Positions 10,005-18,628 of a DNA stretch of 64,000 bases are shown here, one piece after another. Origin of the DNA: Candidatus Daviesbacteria bacterium (GTDB lineage Bacteria; Patescibacteriota; Microgenomatia; Daviesbacterales; UBA10151); NCBI GenBank assembly GCA_016176465.1, contig JACOXD010000010.1, positions 71,497 through 135,496 of the forward strand, in the 5' to 3' direction. Numbering within the stretch: the stretch's first letter is position 1; each line of letters opens with the position of its first letter. Made by a program: the position numbers and the translations under genes. Below the pieces are notes generated by a model that worked only from the letters and a program-made list of their open reading frames with translations, had not been told where the DNA came from and did not search any database.

Positions 10005-10300
10005 GAATAAGACTGTCATTCTGAACGCGGGCCCCCGAAGGGGAGAAGAATCTAAAGATTAAGTCTTGAGATCTTTCTCAGGCTTCGCCTGATCAAGATG
10101 ACAGGAAGAATGATCAAAATGGTTAATAAACAAGCTTTTTTAAATCCTAACTCTAAACATGTCATTCCGGACTTAGGTCCCGAGAATCTACTGCGAAGCA
10201 GCAAGCTTCGCTTATTGAATGGATTCCCGCTTTTCCTCCAGAGGCGGACCAGCCTTTGGCTGGCGCGGGAATGACTGAGTGGATTCAGGATGACAAAAAA
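10005..10300. repeat. Cluster of at least five hairpin repeat units, family A (GTCATyCyGA ... stem ... GAAGrATCT and its reverse complement), filling the gap between the transketolase halves.
   Basis: Units read: tgtcattctgaacgcgggcccccgaaggggagaagaatct; gagatctttctcaggcttcgcctgatcaagatgaca; gtcattccggacttaggtcccgagaatct; gaatggattcccgc...gcgggaatgact; ggattcaggatgaca. The same units recur at 50782-50912 and 56937-56974. The listed 83-aa ORF at 10052-10303 lies wholly inside this repeat. Confidence 0.6.
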
Positions 10301-10305
10301 CAAGT

Positions 10306-11313
10306 ATGTTAAACGATAAAGCTAATTTAAATCCTAAATTATTTGATGAAGATATTGAGCAGATCCCTTCTAGAAATGGTTTTGGGGAAGGATTAGTTTT
10401 AGCTGCAGAGGCTGATAAAAATGTAGTGGGTCTTTGTGCAGACTTAACTGAAAGTACTAGAATGGAAGCGTTTGCAAAAAAGTTTCCTGAGAGGTTTTTT
10501 GAAATTGGGGTGGCTGAACAAAATTTAGCAACAGTTGCTGCAGGAGTAGCTTTAGGTGGAAAAATTCCTTTTATTTCCTCCTATGCCATGTTTTCACCTG
10601 GTCGAAACTGGGAGCAAATTAGAACAACAATTTGCTATAACGATGTGCCTGTTAAAATTATTGGGTCTCACGCTGGGATTTCAGTTGGGCCTGATGGGGC
10701 AACTCATCAAGCCCTAGAGGATATAGCTATTATGAGAGCGCTACCTAATATGGTAGTAATCTCTCCTGCTGATAGTATTGAGGCTAAAAAAGCCACCCAA
10801 GCAATGGCTCATCATGCTAGTCCATGTTATATGAGGCTTTCTAGAGAAAAAGTACCTGTTGTGACTACTGAGCAAACCCCATTTGAGATAGGTAAGGCTG
10901 AAATATTCTGGGAAGGGTCGGACCCTAAGCCTGGGGTAACTGTTATTGCTACGGGTCAGATGGTATATAGAGCACTACAAGCTGCTAAAGAATTAGAAAG
11001 CCACAAAATTAGTGTTCGAGTAATTAATTATCACACAATCAAACCTTTGGACAAAAAAACCATCTTGGCTGCTGCAGAAGAAACAGGAGCTATTGTTACT
11101 GTAGAGGAACATCAAATTCACGGAGGTTTGGGAGCAGCAATTGCAGAAGTTGTATCTCAAAATTACCCAGTGCCTATGAAAATAATAGGAGTGGAGGATA
11201 GATTTGGGGAATCAGGTGAGCCAAATGAATTATTAGAAGAATTTGGGTTAACTAAAGAGACAATAATTAAAGCTGTGACTTCTGTGATTAGAATGAAAGA
11301 AAAGCATCTTTGA
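10306..11313 (+). CDS. tktB: Transketolase C-terminal subunit (pyrimidine-binding and C-terminal domains).
   Basis: FFEIGVAEQN ... GPDGATHQALEDIAIMRALPNM motifs typical of the transketolase central domain. Confidence 0.85.
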   Translation: MLNDKANLNPKLFDEDIEQIPSRNGFGEGLVLAAEADKNVVGLCADLTESTRMEAFAKKFPERFFEIGVAEQNLATVAAGVALGGKIPFISSYAMFSPGRNWEQIRTTICYNDVPVKIIGSHAGISVGPDGATHQALEDIAIMRALPNMVVISPADSIEAKKATQAMAHHASPCYMRLSREKVPVVTTEQTPFEIGKAEIFWEGSDPKPGVTVIATGQMVYRALQAAKELESHKISVRVINYHTIKPLDKKTILAAAEETGAIVTVEEHQIHGGLGAAIAEVVSQNYPVPMKIIGVEDRFGESGEPNELLEEFGLTKETIIKAVTSVIRMKEKHL

Positions 11314-11349
11314 GTTGACATTATATTTTAGGCGATTTAAAGTGGATTT

Positions 11350-12018
11350 ATGGATGAGCCTAGAAGTGTTGGTTGGAAAAAAACAACAACTATTGTTTTA
11401 ATTGTTTTTTGCTTCTCCTTACTATATTCGTTTATTCGTTATAATTTGGTTAGAAATGTACCCTTAGATAATTTGCCACTCTTTATTAGTAATAAATCTG
11501 TAGCCTTATCTGCAACAATTTTGATTGGGCTTTCTTTTTTACTCGGTCCATTGGCAAGATTTTGGCCAAAGACTTTTAGTCCACATCTATATTTGCGAAA
11601 ACACCTTGGTGTTATAGGTTTTGCTATAGCAGCTTTACATGTTGTAATGTCACTAGTGTTACTTAACCCAGCCTATTATTCAAAATTGTATGCAGAAGGT
11701 GGAAAACTCAATTTAAATGGGGAAGCCTCAATACTATTTGGCATTTTATCTTTTCTGATATTTTCAGCAATTTCTATTACCTCGCTTCCTCCTATTGAGA
11801 AACATATGCTCCCAGGGCAGTGGAAATTTGTTCAAAGAATAGGTTATTTAGCATACTTGTTTGTATTATTACACGTTACAATTATGGGTTATCAAGGATG
11901 GTTTAGAGCAGATAGCTGGCAGTATGGCCTAGCTTCAATCAGCCTTATTTCAGCCATATTTGTTTTGTTTGTTTTAATAATGAGATTTCTTGTGATTGCC
12001 TTTTCTCTAAGAAAATAA
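11350..12018 (+). CDS. Six-TM membrane protein, ferric-reductase-like / MsrQ (YedZ)-like heme-binding domain (tentative).
   Basis: Six hydrophobic helices with His residues in TM segments (AALHVVMS, LLHVTIMG). Lies next to a WrbA-type flavoprotein. Confidence 0.4.
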   Translation: MDEPRSVGWKKTTTIVLIVFCFSLLYSFIRYNLVRNVPLDNLPLFISNKSVALSATILIGLSFLLGPLARFWPKTFSPHLYLRKHLGVIGFAIAALHVVMSLVLLNPAYYSKLYAEGGKLNLNGEASILFGILSFLIFSAISITSLPPIEKHMLPGQWKFVQRIGYLAYLFVLLHVTIMGYQGWFRADSWQYGLASISLISAIFVLFVLIMRFLVIAFSLRK

Positions 12019-12054
12019 TACTTTTTATTGGATACTTAACTTGTTATCATAAAA

Positions 12055-12726
12055 TTGGTGGATAATAAATTTAAGATTCTTGTTTTATTTTATTCTTTCA
12101 CAGGCCATACTGCCAAGTTAGCAGAGTATGTTGCTTTAGGTGCCAGAGATATTGATGGGGCTCAAGTTAGCGTAAAACGGGTCCCTGAACTTTTACCTAA
12201 AGATTTTTTTGAAAAAAATCCTGATTTAGCCAAGGCGAGACAATCTTTTACTCATATTCCTGTTGCTAGTATAGAAGATTTAACCTCAGCTGATGGGGTA
12301 GCCTTTGGTACACCTGTTCATTTTGGCAGTTTTGCCTCGCAAATAAAGCAGTTTATAGATCAACTCTCGCCTATATTTATAAAAGGAACCATGGCGGGCA
12401 AACCAGCGTCAATTTTTGTCAGTGCAGGAAGTGTTCATGGTGGGGAAGAGGCAGCTTTAATTTCTTTAATGATCCCTCTTCTTAATTTAGGAATGATACC
12501 CATTGGCGTACCTTATCCAATACAAGGCGAAGGTCCTGAGTTTGATTCTGGAAGTCCTTATGGAGCAATTTATGTTTCAGGGCATAAAGGAGAAAAAGAG
12601 TTAACCGAAGGAGATATTAAGATAGCTCAAATTTTAGGCAAGCGCCTATCAGCAATGGCTAAAATAATTAAATTTGGTTGTGCAACTTTTCCAGAATGTC
12701 AATTTTTATCCAAAGATTATAACTAG
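12055..12726 (+). CDS. wrbA: NAD(P)H:quinone oxidoreductase, WrbA-type flavodoxin-like protein.
   Basis: Collinear with E. coli WrbA: ILVLFYSFTGHTAKLAEYV ... VKRVPELLP ... FGTPVHFGSFASQ. Confidence 0.8.
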   Translation: MVDNKFKILVLFYSFTGHTAKLAEYVALGARDIDGAQVSVKRVPELLPKDFFEKNPDLAKARQSFTHIPVASIEDLTSADGVAFGTPVHFGSFASQIKQFIDQLSPIFIKGTMAGKPASIFVSAGSVHGGEEAALISLMIPLLNLGMIPIGVPYPIQGEGPEFDSGSPYGAIYVSGHKGEKELTEGDIKIAQILGKRLSAMAKIIKFGCATFPECQFLSKDYN

Positions 12727-12909
12727 AAATGGGTTGTAGCGGGGTATGTGCTGCTATCAGTCAGGCAGTAGAAGTAATTTTTTATTTAATATTTTACCTA
12801 GTTACCTTGTTTTTTAATCTGATAATCTTAACAATTGATTGGGTAATATATAAAATAACCAAACAAAAATTTTATTAATCTCTATCCTTTTGCAAAGATA
12901 AATTCCTTC

Positions 12910-12939
12910 TTGACAAAACTTATAGCTTTGATCTAAGTA
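12910..12939 (+). promoter_or_regulatory. Putative sigma-70-like promoter (TTGACA, about 17-18 bp spacer, TAAGTA) upstream of the 12973 gene, with a GAGAGGGGGTGA RBS.
   Basis: Read from sequence; -35 is exact at 12910-12915. Confidence 0.25.
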
Positions 12940-12972
12940 ATACCTAAGAAAAATTAGAGAGGGGGTGAGAAT

Positions 12973-13506
12973 ATGGAACAAAATAAGTGGTTATGGGTTC
13001 TGGGGGCATTAATCATTGGTTTAGTAGTTGGCTATTTTGTCAGAGGAGGTAGCTCTGTTAGCCCAACTATCCAAACACCTCAGGCTTCGCCAGTAGCACA
13101 AGTTGAAGACAAACCTCATCAAGGTTTTATCCTTCACATTGATGCTGAAAAACATTTCCCGGCTGATGAGAAAAAAATAGCTCATCACTTTTGTAAGCAG
13201 GTTAAAGGCGGAATGTTTGAGTGTCAGCTTTATGATAGTGACGAGAAAGATGCTAGGCTGGTAGGTGTAGAGACTGTAGTTGATACCAAAACCTGGCAAG
13301 GGTTTGATGTTAATGAACAAAGTTTGTGGCATTATCACAAAGAAGAGATTCCTAAAATTAATGCTAAACTACCTGATCTATCACCAGATGAAGCAGCTAA
13401 GGTGGTTGAAACTTTAAATGAGACGTATGGCAAAGTTTATTTGCTTTGGGATCCAGCCAAATCTGATCTACCAGTAGGCCAACCAAGCATTACTTTAATA
13501 GAGTAG
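12973..13506 (+). CDS. Membrane-anchored protein, DUF1264-like (tentative).
   Basis: N-terminal TM helix followed by an HHFC ... FECQLYDSDEKDARLVGVE core reminiscent of DUF1264. Confidence 0.3.
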   Translation: MEQNKWLWVLGALIIGLVVGYFVRGGSSVSPTIQTPQASPVAQVEDKPHQGFILHIDAEKHFPADEKKIAHHFCKQVKGGMFECQLYDSDEKDARLVGVETVVDTKTWQGFDVNEQSLWHYHKEEIPKINAKLPDLSPDEAAKVVETLNETYGKVYLLWDPAKSDLPVGQPSITLIE

Positions 13507-13558
13507 CTGTCACTAGCCTGCCCTAGTGAAGCTTCTAATCTGTTAAACTAATAAAAGT

Positions 13559-14512
13559 ATGATGTTTGATCTAATTTCCATTGGGGACTGTGTGATTGAT
13601 ACTTTTATTCCTTTACTTGATGCTAAAGTTGGTATAAATCCTGAGGATAATGAAAGAAAATTGATGTTAAGGTTTGGAGATAAAGTTCCTGTTGGTCCTT
13701 TTGTATCCATGGTAGCAGGTAATGCTGCTAATAATGCAGTTGGTTCAGTAAGGCTTAAGTTAAAAACTGCAATCTATACCCATGTGGGAAATGCTGGTGA
13801 TGACGAGAATGATCAACGTATTATTGCTAAATTTAAAAAAGAAAAAGTGGATATTAGATACGTTGTAGATAGCTCACAACTACCATCCAACCATCATATT
13901 GTTTTAACCTTTGAAGGGGAGAGGACTATTTTAATCTATCATCAGCCTTGGAAATATAATTTACCTGATTTAGATCAATCCAGATGGGTGTATTTTACCT
14001 CTCTAGCACCTAATTTTATTGAAACAAATTTAGTTGAGCAGATGGTAAATTATTTGGAGCGTACCCATGCTAAGCTGTTATATAATCCCGGGACTTTCCA
14101 AATTAAACATGGAGTAAAAAAATTTCCTAGGCTACTTAGCTTAACTGAGCTTTTTATAGTTAATAAAGAAGAGGCCAAATTAATTTTGAACCATAAAGAG
14201 GGAGAGAGTATCCCTATAAAAAAATTACTCAAAGGGATTGTAGATTTGGGGCCTAAGATGGTAGTTATAACAGATGGGGGAGAAGGATCATATGGATTTG
14301 ATGGGGATAAATATTATAAATTAGATATCTTTCCAGCAAAATTAGTTGAAATGACAGGTTCAGGAGATGCATTTGCAACTGGAACTTTGGCTGGTTTGTC
14401 TCATGGTGAAGATCTACCTAATGCTATAAGGTGGGGTGCAGCAAATGGGGCATCAGTTGTTGAACAAGTAGGTCCTCAGGCAGGACTATTAACATATAAT
14501 CAGTACCTGTAG
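13559..14512 (+). CDS. PfkB-family (ribokinase-like) sugar or nucleoside kinase.
   Basis: N-terminal IGDCVIDTF and C-terminal GSGDAFATGTLAGL (PfkB signature 2). Confidence 0.75.
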   Translation: MMFDLISIGDCVIDTFIPLLDAKVGINPEDNERKLMLRFGDKVPVGPFVSMVAGNAANNAVGSVRLKLKTAIYTHVGNAGDDENDQRIIAKFKKEKVDIRYVVDSSQLPSNHHIVLTFEGERTILIYHQPWKYNLPDLDQSRWVYFTSLAPNFIETNLVEQMVNYLERTHAKLLYNPGTFQIKHGVKKFPRLLSLTELFIVNKEEAKLILNHKEGESIPIKKLLKGIVDLGPKMVVITDGGEGSYGFDGDKYYKLDIFPAKLVEMTGSGDAFATGTLAGLSHGEDLPNAIRWGAANGASVVEQVGPQAGLLTYNQYL

Positions 14513-15178
14513 GGTCGGACCCTCATTCACTCATTCAAGAGTGAGAGCTTCTAAGATATCGCCAGGACTTTCATTATAATCTTCAACAAAACTTTGATAA
14601 GATAAACAATCTTTGAGGCTAGTTTTTTGAGCGGTTTTAAAGAAATCCAGAATTTCAGCTGATTTGAGCCAAGGTGCATTTCTTGAACCAAGGTAATAGT
14701 TATAACTTGAATAATTATAGGTTTTAGGGTCGGACCCTGGATAATAAGGATTAAGATGGATGTAACGAGAAAGGTGTAGCAAGTAGATATCATCCATAAT
14801 AATAGCAGCTTTATATTTACCTTGGAATAAAGTTCCAACTCTGTTATATTTTCTATTAAAATACATCACATATGTTGTGCACACTGCACGCATTAACTTG
14901 GTTATTCCAGTTTGAGTATTTTGTTTGGTTAAAAGATGAAAATGGTTTGGCATAAGACAAAAAGCTATTAAATCAACTTCATTTGCCAAACTCTTAGGGT
15001 CCGACCCTAAAGTTGGATCAAGATACTTTTTAAGGTAGTTTATAAATACAAGATAATCTTGCTCGTCAATAAAAATATTCCTCTTTTCTACTCCACGGTT
15101 GTAAAGATGGTAATAACCATTCTCAATAAATTGTTTAACTGAATTTTTAGCTGGCATAGTCTTAAAAGGGTCGGACCC
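14512..15178 (-). mobile_element. IS200/IS605-like or RAYT element 1: a Y1 transposase gene bounded by GGGTC(G/C)GACCC hairpins.
   Basis: The 11-bp palindromes at 14512-14522 and 15168-15178 abut the stop and start of the transposase ORF. Two more copies lie inside the ORF (14726-14736, 14997-15007). Confidence 0.6.
14531..15157 (-). CDS. Y1 (HuH) transposase, IS200/IS605 TnpA / REP-associated tyrosine transposase.
   Basis: YYHLYNRGVEKRNIF ... CLMPNHFHLL (HuH motif) ... conserved Tyr region. Paralogous to 31697-32341 and 39200-39847. Confidence 0.8.
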   Translation of the reverse strand: MPAKNSVKQFIENGYYHLYNRGVEKRNIFIDEQDYLVFINYLKKYLDPTLGSDPKSLANEVDLIAFCLMPNHFHLLTKQNTQTGITKLMRAVCTTYVMYFNRKYNRVGTLFQGKYKAAIIMDDIYLLHLSRYIHLNPYYPGSDPKTYNYSSYNYYLGSRNAPWLKSAEILDFFKTAQKTSLKDCLSYQSFVEDYNESPGDILEALTLE

Positions 15179-15222
15179 TATATATACCTATATATACTAT
15201 ATGGTTATGATATCATGAAGCT

Positions 15223-16086
15223 ATGAGTCTCAATAAATTTAAAGAGCATGGAAAATTTTTAATGTTAGCTCTTGATCATAGAGGTAGTTTTAAAAAATTA
15301 ATGAATCCAAAAGACCCTGATGAAGTAGCAGATCAAGAAGTTATAGATTTAAAAAAAGAAATTATAGAAAGTTTACAGGATCAATTTAGTGGATTATTAA
15401 TAGATGTTGAGGATGGGTTGCCTGCCTATACTAATAAGCAAAGCTTCTCTTCGAGTAAGCAAAGCTTCTCTTCGAGTAAATCCAAACCTTTTTTGCTTCC
15501 TTTGGAAAAATCAGGATATAAAGAGGAAGAAGGAGAGAGGATTACTGAATTACAAAGAACCGTTGCAGAACTTTTAAGTCTAGGAGCTGATGGAGGAAAA
15601 TTATTACTCTATTTTAATCCGAGTCTAAAAAGTGCTCAAAAGCAATTAGAAATAGCAAAGAAAGCCCTAGATGATGCAAATGCCCATGGTTTTACCTTTT
15701 TTTTAGAGCCTGTTACTTATACAAAAGATGGAAAAACCCATACTCAAGATAAAGAATTAGTTTTAGGTACTGTAAAAACTTTGAAAGAAGCGGGGGTAAA
15801 ACCTGATGTTTTTAAAATAGAATATCCTGGAAATATTGATGGGTGCATGGAAGTTACTAAAATATTAGGAGATACTCCTTGGATACTACTTGCTTACCCT
15901 GATTCTTTTGAGAAATTTAAAACCCATCTTGATAGTGCAATTAAAGGTGGTGCGCAAGGATTTTTAGCAGGTAGAGCAATTTGGCAAGAAGCTTGTACCT
16001 TAAAGGGCAAAGAAAAAGAAAAATTTCTAAAAGAAACCATGCCTGAAAGATTTAGACAGATTGTAGAAATTACCAAAAAACATTAA
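15223..16086 (+). CDS. Class I aldolase of the LacD / tagatose-bisphosphate-aldolase (DeoC-LacD) family.
   Basis: FLMLALDHRGSFKKLM matches the LacD N-terminal ALAFDQRGAL region. Carries a 2x21-bp in-frame repeat insertion (KQSFSSS x2). Confidence 0.55.
   Translation: MSLNKFKEHGKFLMLALDHRGSFKKLMNPKDPDEVADQEVIDLKKEIIESLQDQFSGLLIDVEDGLPAYTNKQSFSSSKQSFSSSKSKPFLLPLEKSGYKEEEGERITELQRTVAELLSLGADGGKLLLYFNPSLKSAQKQLEIAKKALDDANAHGFTFFLEPVTYTKDGKTHTQDKELVLGTVKTLKEAGVKPDVFKIEYPGNIDGCMEVTKILGDTPWILLAYPDSFEKFKTHLDSAIKGGAQGFLAGRAIWQEACTLKGKEKEKFLKETMPERFRQIVEITKKH
15436..15477 (+). repeat. Two tandem copies of the 21-bp minisatellite AAGCAAAGCTTCTCTTCGAGT, in frame (KQSFSSS KQSFSSS).
   Basis: Read directly. 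The same unit with one mismatch is present in four copies at 49588-49671 and as a variant at 26304-26368. Confidence 0.75.
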
Positions 16087-16123
16087 TATAAGTTAAGTCA
16101 CCCTCTTCACTATAAAATAAAAG

Positions 16124-17086
16124 ATGAAAGTTGTTGTTACCAGAAAAATCCCTGGAAATGGAATCAAAATGCTTCAAGAGGGCGGGTTTGAAGTAGTGGT
16201 TTCTCCTCAAAATAGGCCTCTGGAGCGGCAAGAGTTACTAAATTTTATTCAAGGAGCAAATGGAGTATTAACTCAACTGCAGGATAAAGTAAACGACGAA
16301 TTTATTAATTCAGCAGGCCCGCAATTAAAGATAGTTGCTAATTTTGCAGTAGGTTTTGATAACTTTGACCTCCCCAGCCTTTCGTCGCACAATATTGTTG
16401 CTACTAATACCCCAGATGTCTTAACTGAGGCAGTGGCAGAACATACCTTCGCGCTCATTTTAAGTATAGTTAGAAGGGTAGTGGAAGCTTATAAAATTGC
16501 TTTAACTCAATCTTTCACCTTTGGCCCAGAAGTTTTATTGGGGATGGAGCTAAAAGGGAAAACCTTAGGGGTTTTGGGGTTGGGAAGAATTGGTGGAAGG
16601 GTTGCAGAGATAGGAAAAGCTTTGGGAATGAATGTTATTTATAGTGATCCTAAGGCAAACGTCGAGTTTGAACAAAAAATAGGTGCAAGTTTTAAAGCTA
16701 CTCCTGAGGAGGTATTAAAAGAAGCAGATGTAGTATCTATTCACGTTCCCCTATTAGATTCTACCAAACATTTAATAAATACAGAAAAATTAAAGATAAT
16801 GAAACCCACTGCTTATCTGGTGAATACTTCCCGGGGTCTGGTTGTAGATGAGGCAGCGTTGGTTGAAGCCTTGAAGAATAAAACTATAGCTGGGGCAGCC
16901 CTAGATGTGTTTGAAAATGAACCCTACCTCTCCCCTGGCTTAGAGTTACTGGATAATGTTGTTTTAACTCCTCATATAGCCTCAGCAACCATTGAAGCCC
17001 GTTCAGCCATGGGAGAATTAGCTGCAAAAAATATTATTGCTGTTTTATCTAACCAGCCGCCACTAACTCCTGTAAAGGCTAAATAA
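16124..17086 (+). CDS. D-isomer-specific 2-hydroxyacid dehydrogenase (glyoxylate/hydroxypyruvate reductase or PGDH-like).
   Basis: NAD-binding GLGRIGGRVA fingerprint, catalytic R/E/H arrangement and the C-terminal TPHIAS motif. Confidence 0.8.
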   Translation: MKVVVTRKIPGNGIKMLQEGGFEVVVSPQNRPLERQELLNFIQGANGVLTQLQDKVNDEFINSAGPQLKIVANFAVGFDNFDLPSLSSHNIVATNTPDVLTEAVAEHTFALILSIVRRVVEAYKIALTQSFTFGPEVLLGMELKGKTLGVLGLGRIGGRVAEIGKALGMNVIYSDPKANVEFEQKIGASFKATPEEVLKEADVVSIHVPLLDSTKHLINTEKLKIMKPTAYLVNTSRGLVVDEAALVEALKNKTIAGAALDVFENEPYLSPGLELLDNVVLTPHIASATIEARSAMGELAAKNIIAVLSNQPPLTPVKAK

Positions 17087-17117
17087 GTTGCATTGGGTCT
17101 TATCAACTAGGGAATTA

Positions 17118-17300
17118 GTTCGTCACGGCTGAAAAAACCGTTCGCCCTTCCACGCGGCTCACTTGAAGTTTGTTTCGCACCAAGCTAAAAATAATCATCA
17201 AGTTTAACCAAGCGAAACGCACTACATTTTTTCTAGCTCGTGACTTCACTACTTCCCAAAAACATTTTATTATTGCTTGTGATTTCGCGCACAAAATGCC
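17118..17300. repeat. MITE-like repeat, family B, copy 2.
   Basis: See 8915-9062. The terminal GCTCGTGACTTCAC / GCTTGTGATTTCGCGC motifs are duplicated at the right end. Confidence 0.4.
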
Positions 17301-17612
17301 TGTGATATTAGGGCTGATGGTAAAAAAAGCGACTTTGCTATTTTTAATTAGAGAAAACAAAATACTTTTAGCTATTAAAAAAAGAGGTTTTGCAATGGGT
17401 AAATGGAATTATGTAATAAATGGGAAGGTAAGCCTAGTGAAACTCAGGAGATGAAACCTAAGTGGTTTAATAGAGATAAAATTCCTTATAAGAAGATGTG
17501 GGAGGATGATTCTTACTGGCTGCCGGAAGTTTTAAAAGGAAGAAAGATTAAAGGAAGTTTTATATATACAAATGACGAGCAAATTATAACCTACTCCATA
17601 GCTGATTTTTAG
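17296..17612 (+). pseudogene. MTH1-like NUDIX hydrolase (8-oxo-dGTPase type) remnant with an internal deletion of the Nudix box plus a frameshift.
   Basis: The N-terminal piece LGLMVKKATLLFLIRENKILLAIKKRGFAMGKWN matches MTH1 residues about 10-35. The C-terminal piece (different frame, from 17403) EMKPKWFNRDKIPYKKMWEDDSYWLPEVLKGRKIKGSFIY matches MTH1 [40 protein letters not shown]. The roughly 45 codons between, which would contain GX5EX7REUXEEXGU, are absent. Confidence 0.55.
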
Positions 17613-17635
17613 CATTCCTATGGTATATTAAATAT

Positions 17636-18628
17636 ATGGATTCTGCCCTTTTTGATGTTGCAATAATTGGCGGTGGGCCAGCGGCATGTGCAGCCGCTGT
17701 CTATGCAGCCAGGAAAAATTTAAAAACAATCCTCATTACCGAAAGCTTTGGTGGACAATCTATCGTTTCCGATAATATCCAAAACTGGATTGGTGAAGCC
17801 CATATTTCAGGTATGGATCTGGCAAAGAAATTAGAGGCTCATATAAGATCCTATCCTGAAGTTATCGAGATTAGAGAAGGGGAGAAAGTTACATCCGTTA
17901 AAGCTATTGATTGTGATACTAAATTAAGAGTTTGTGATTTTGAGGTTACAACCGATAAAGGTTTTTATAAATCTAAAACTATAATTATTGCATCTGGTGC
18001 CAGAAGGAGAGAACTTGGGGTGCCGGGTGAGGAAAAATACAAGGGTAAGGGAGTAGCTTATTGTTCAACTTGTGATGCTCCCCTATTTAAGGGTAAAAAA
18101 GTAGCAGTAATTGGAGGAGGAAATGCTGGGTTAGAAGCAGCCCAAGACTTGCTCCAATATGCGAATGAAGTATATATTTTGGACTTTGGGGATACAATTA
18201 AAGGTGATCCTAAAACTCTGGAAGAGATTAAAAAGGATCCTAAATTAAAAGAGATTATTTTAAACGCTGCAACAAGTGAAGTTTTAGGGACAGATTTGGT
18301 TAGTGGACTAAAGTATAAGAACAGAAAAAGCAATGAGGAAAAAACTTTGGAAGTGGGAGGGATATTTGTAGAAATAGGTTCAACACCCAATTCGGAAATT
18401 GTTAAAGATTTAGTGCAACTTGATGAACACAATCAAATTATGGTCAATTTTCAGCACGCTAGAACTTCCCATCCAGGGGTATTTGCAGCTGGGGATGTAA
18501 CAAATGATCCTTATAAGCAAAACAATATTTCTGCTGGTGATGGCGTAAGAGCAGCTTTAGCTGCCTATGATTATCTTTTAGCCAGGCAAAAAATCTCACC
18601 AGCTGCTGAAGAGCCCCAAAATTTATGA
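17636..18628 (+). CDS. trxB: Thioredoxin-disulfide reductase-like flavoprotein (TrxB family).
   Basis: FAD-binding GGGPAACAAAVYAAR, redox CSTCDAPLF (a CxxC variant of CATCDG), NAD(P)-binding VIGGGNAGLEAA. Confidence 0.75.
   Translation: MDSALFDVAIIGGGPAACAAAVYAARKNLKTILITESFGGQSIVSDNIQNWIGEAHISGMDLAKKLEAHIRSYPEVIEIREGEKVTSVKAIDCDTKLRVCDFEVTTDKGFYKSKTIIIASGARRRELGVPGEEKYKGKGVAYCSTCDAPLFKGKKVAVIGGGNAGLEAAQDLLQYANEVYILDFGDTIKGDPKTLEEIKKDPKLKEIILNAATSEVLGTDLVSGLKYKNRKSNEEKTLEVGGIFVEIGSTPNSEIVKDLVQLDEHNQIMVNFQHARTSHPGVFAAGDVTNDPYKQNNISAGDGVRAALAAYDYLLARQKISPAAEEPQNL

Noticed and set aside
10052-10303. 83-aa minus-strand ORF between the transketolase halves
   Set aside because: It lies entirely within the family-A hairpin repeat cluster and has an Arg/Ser-rich composition typical of translated repeats. 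Not a gene.
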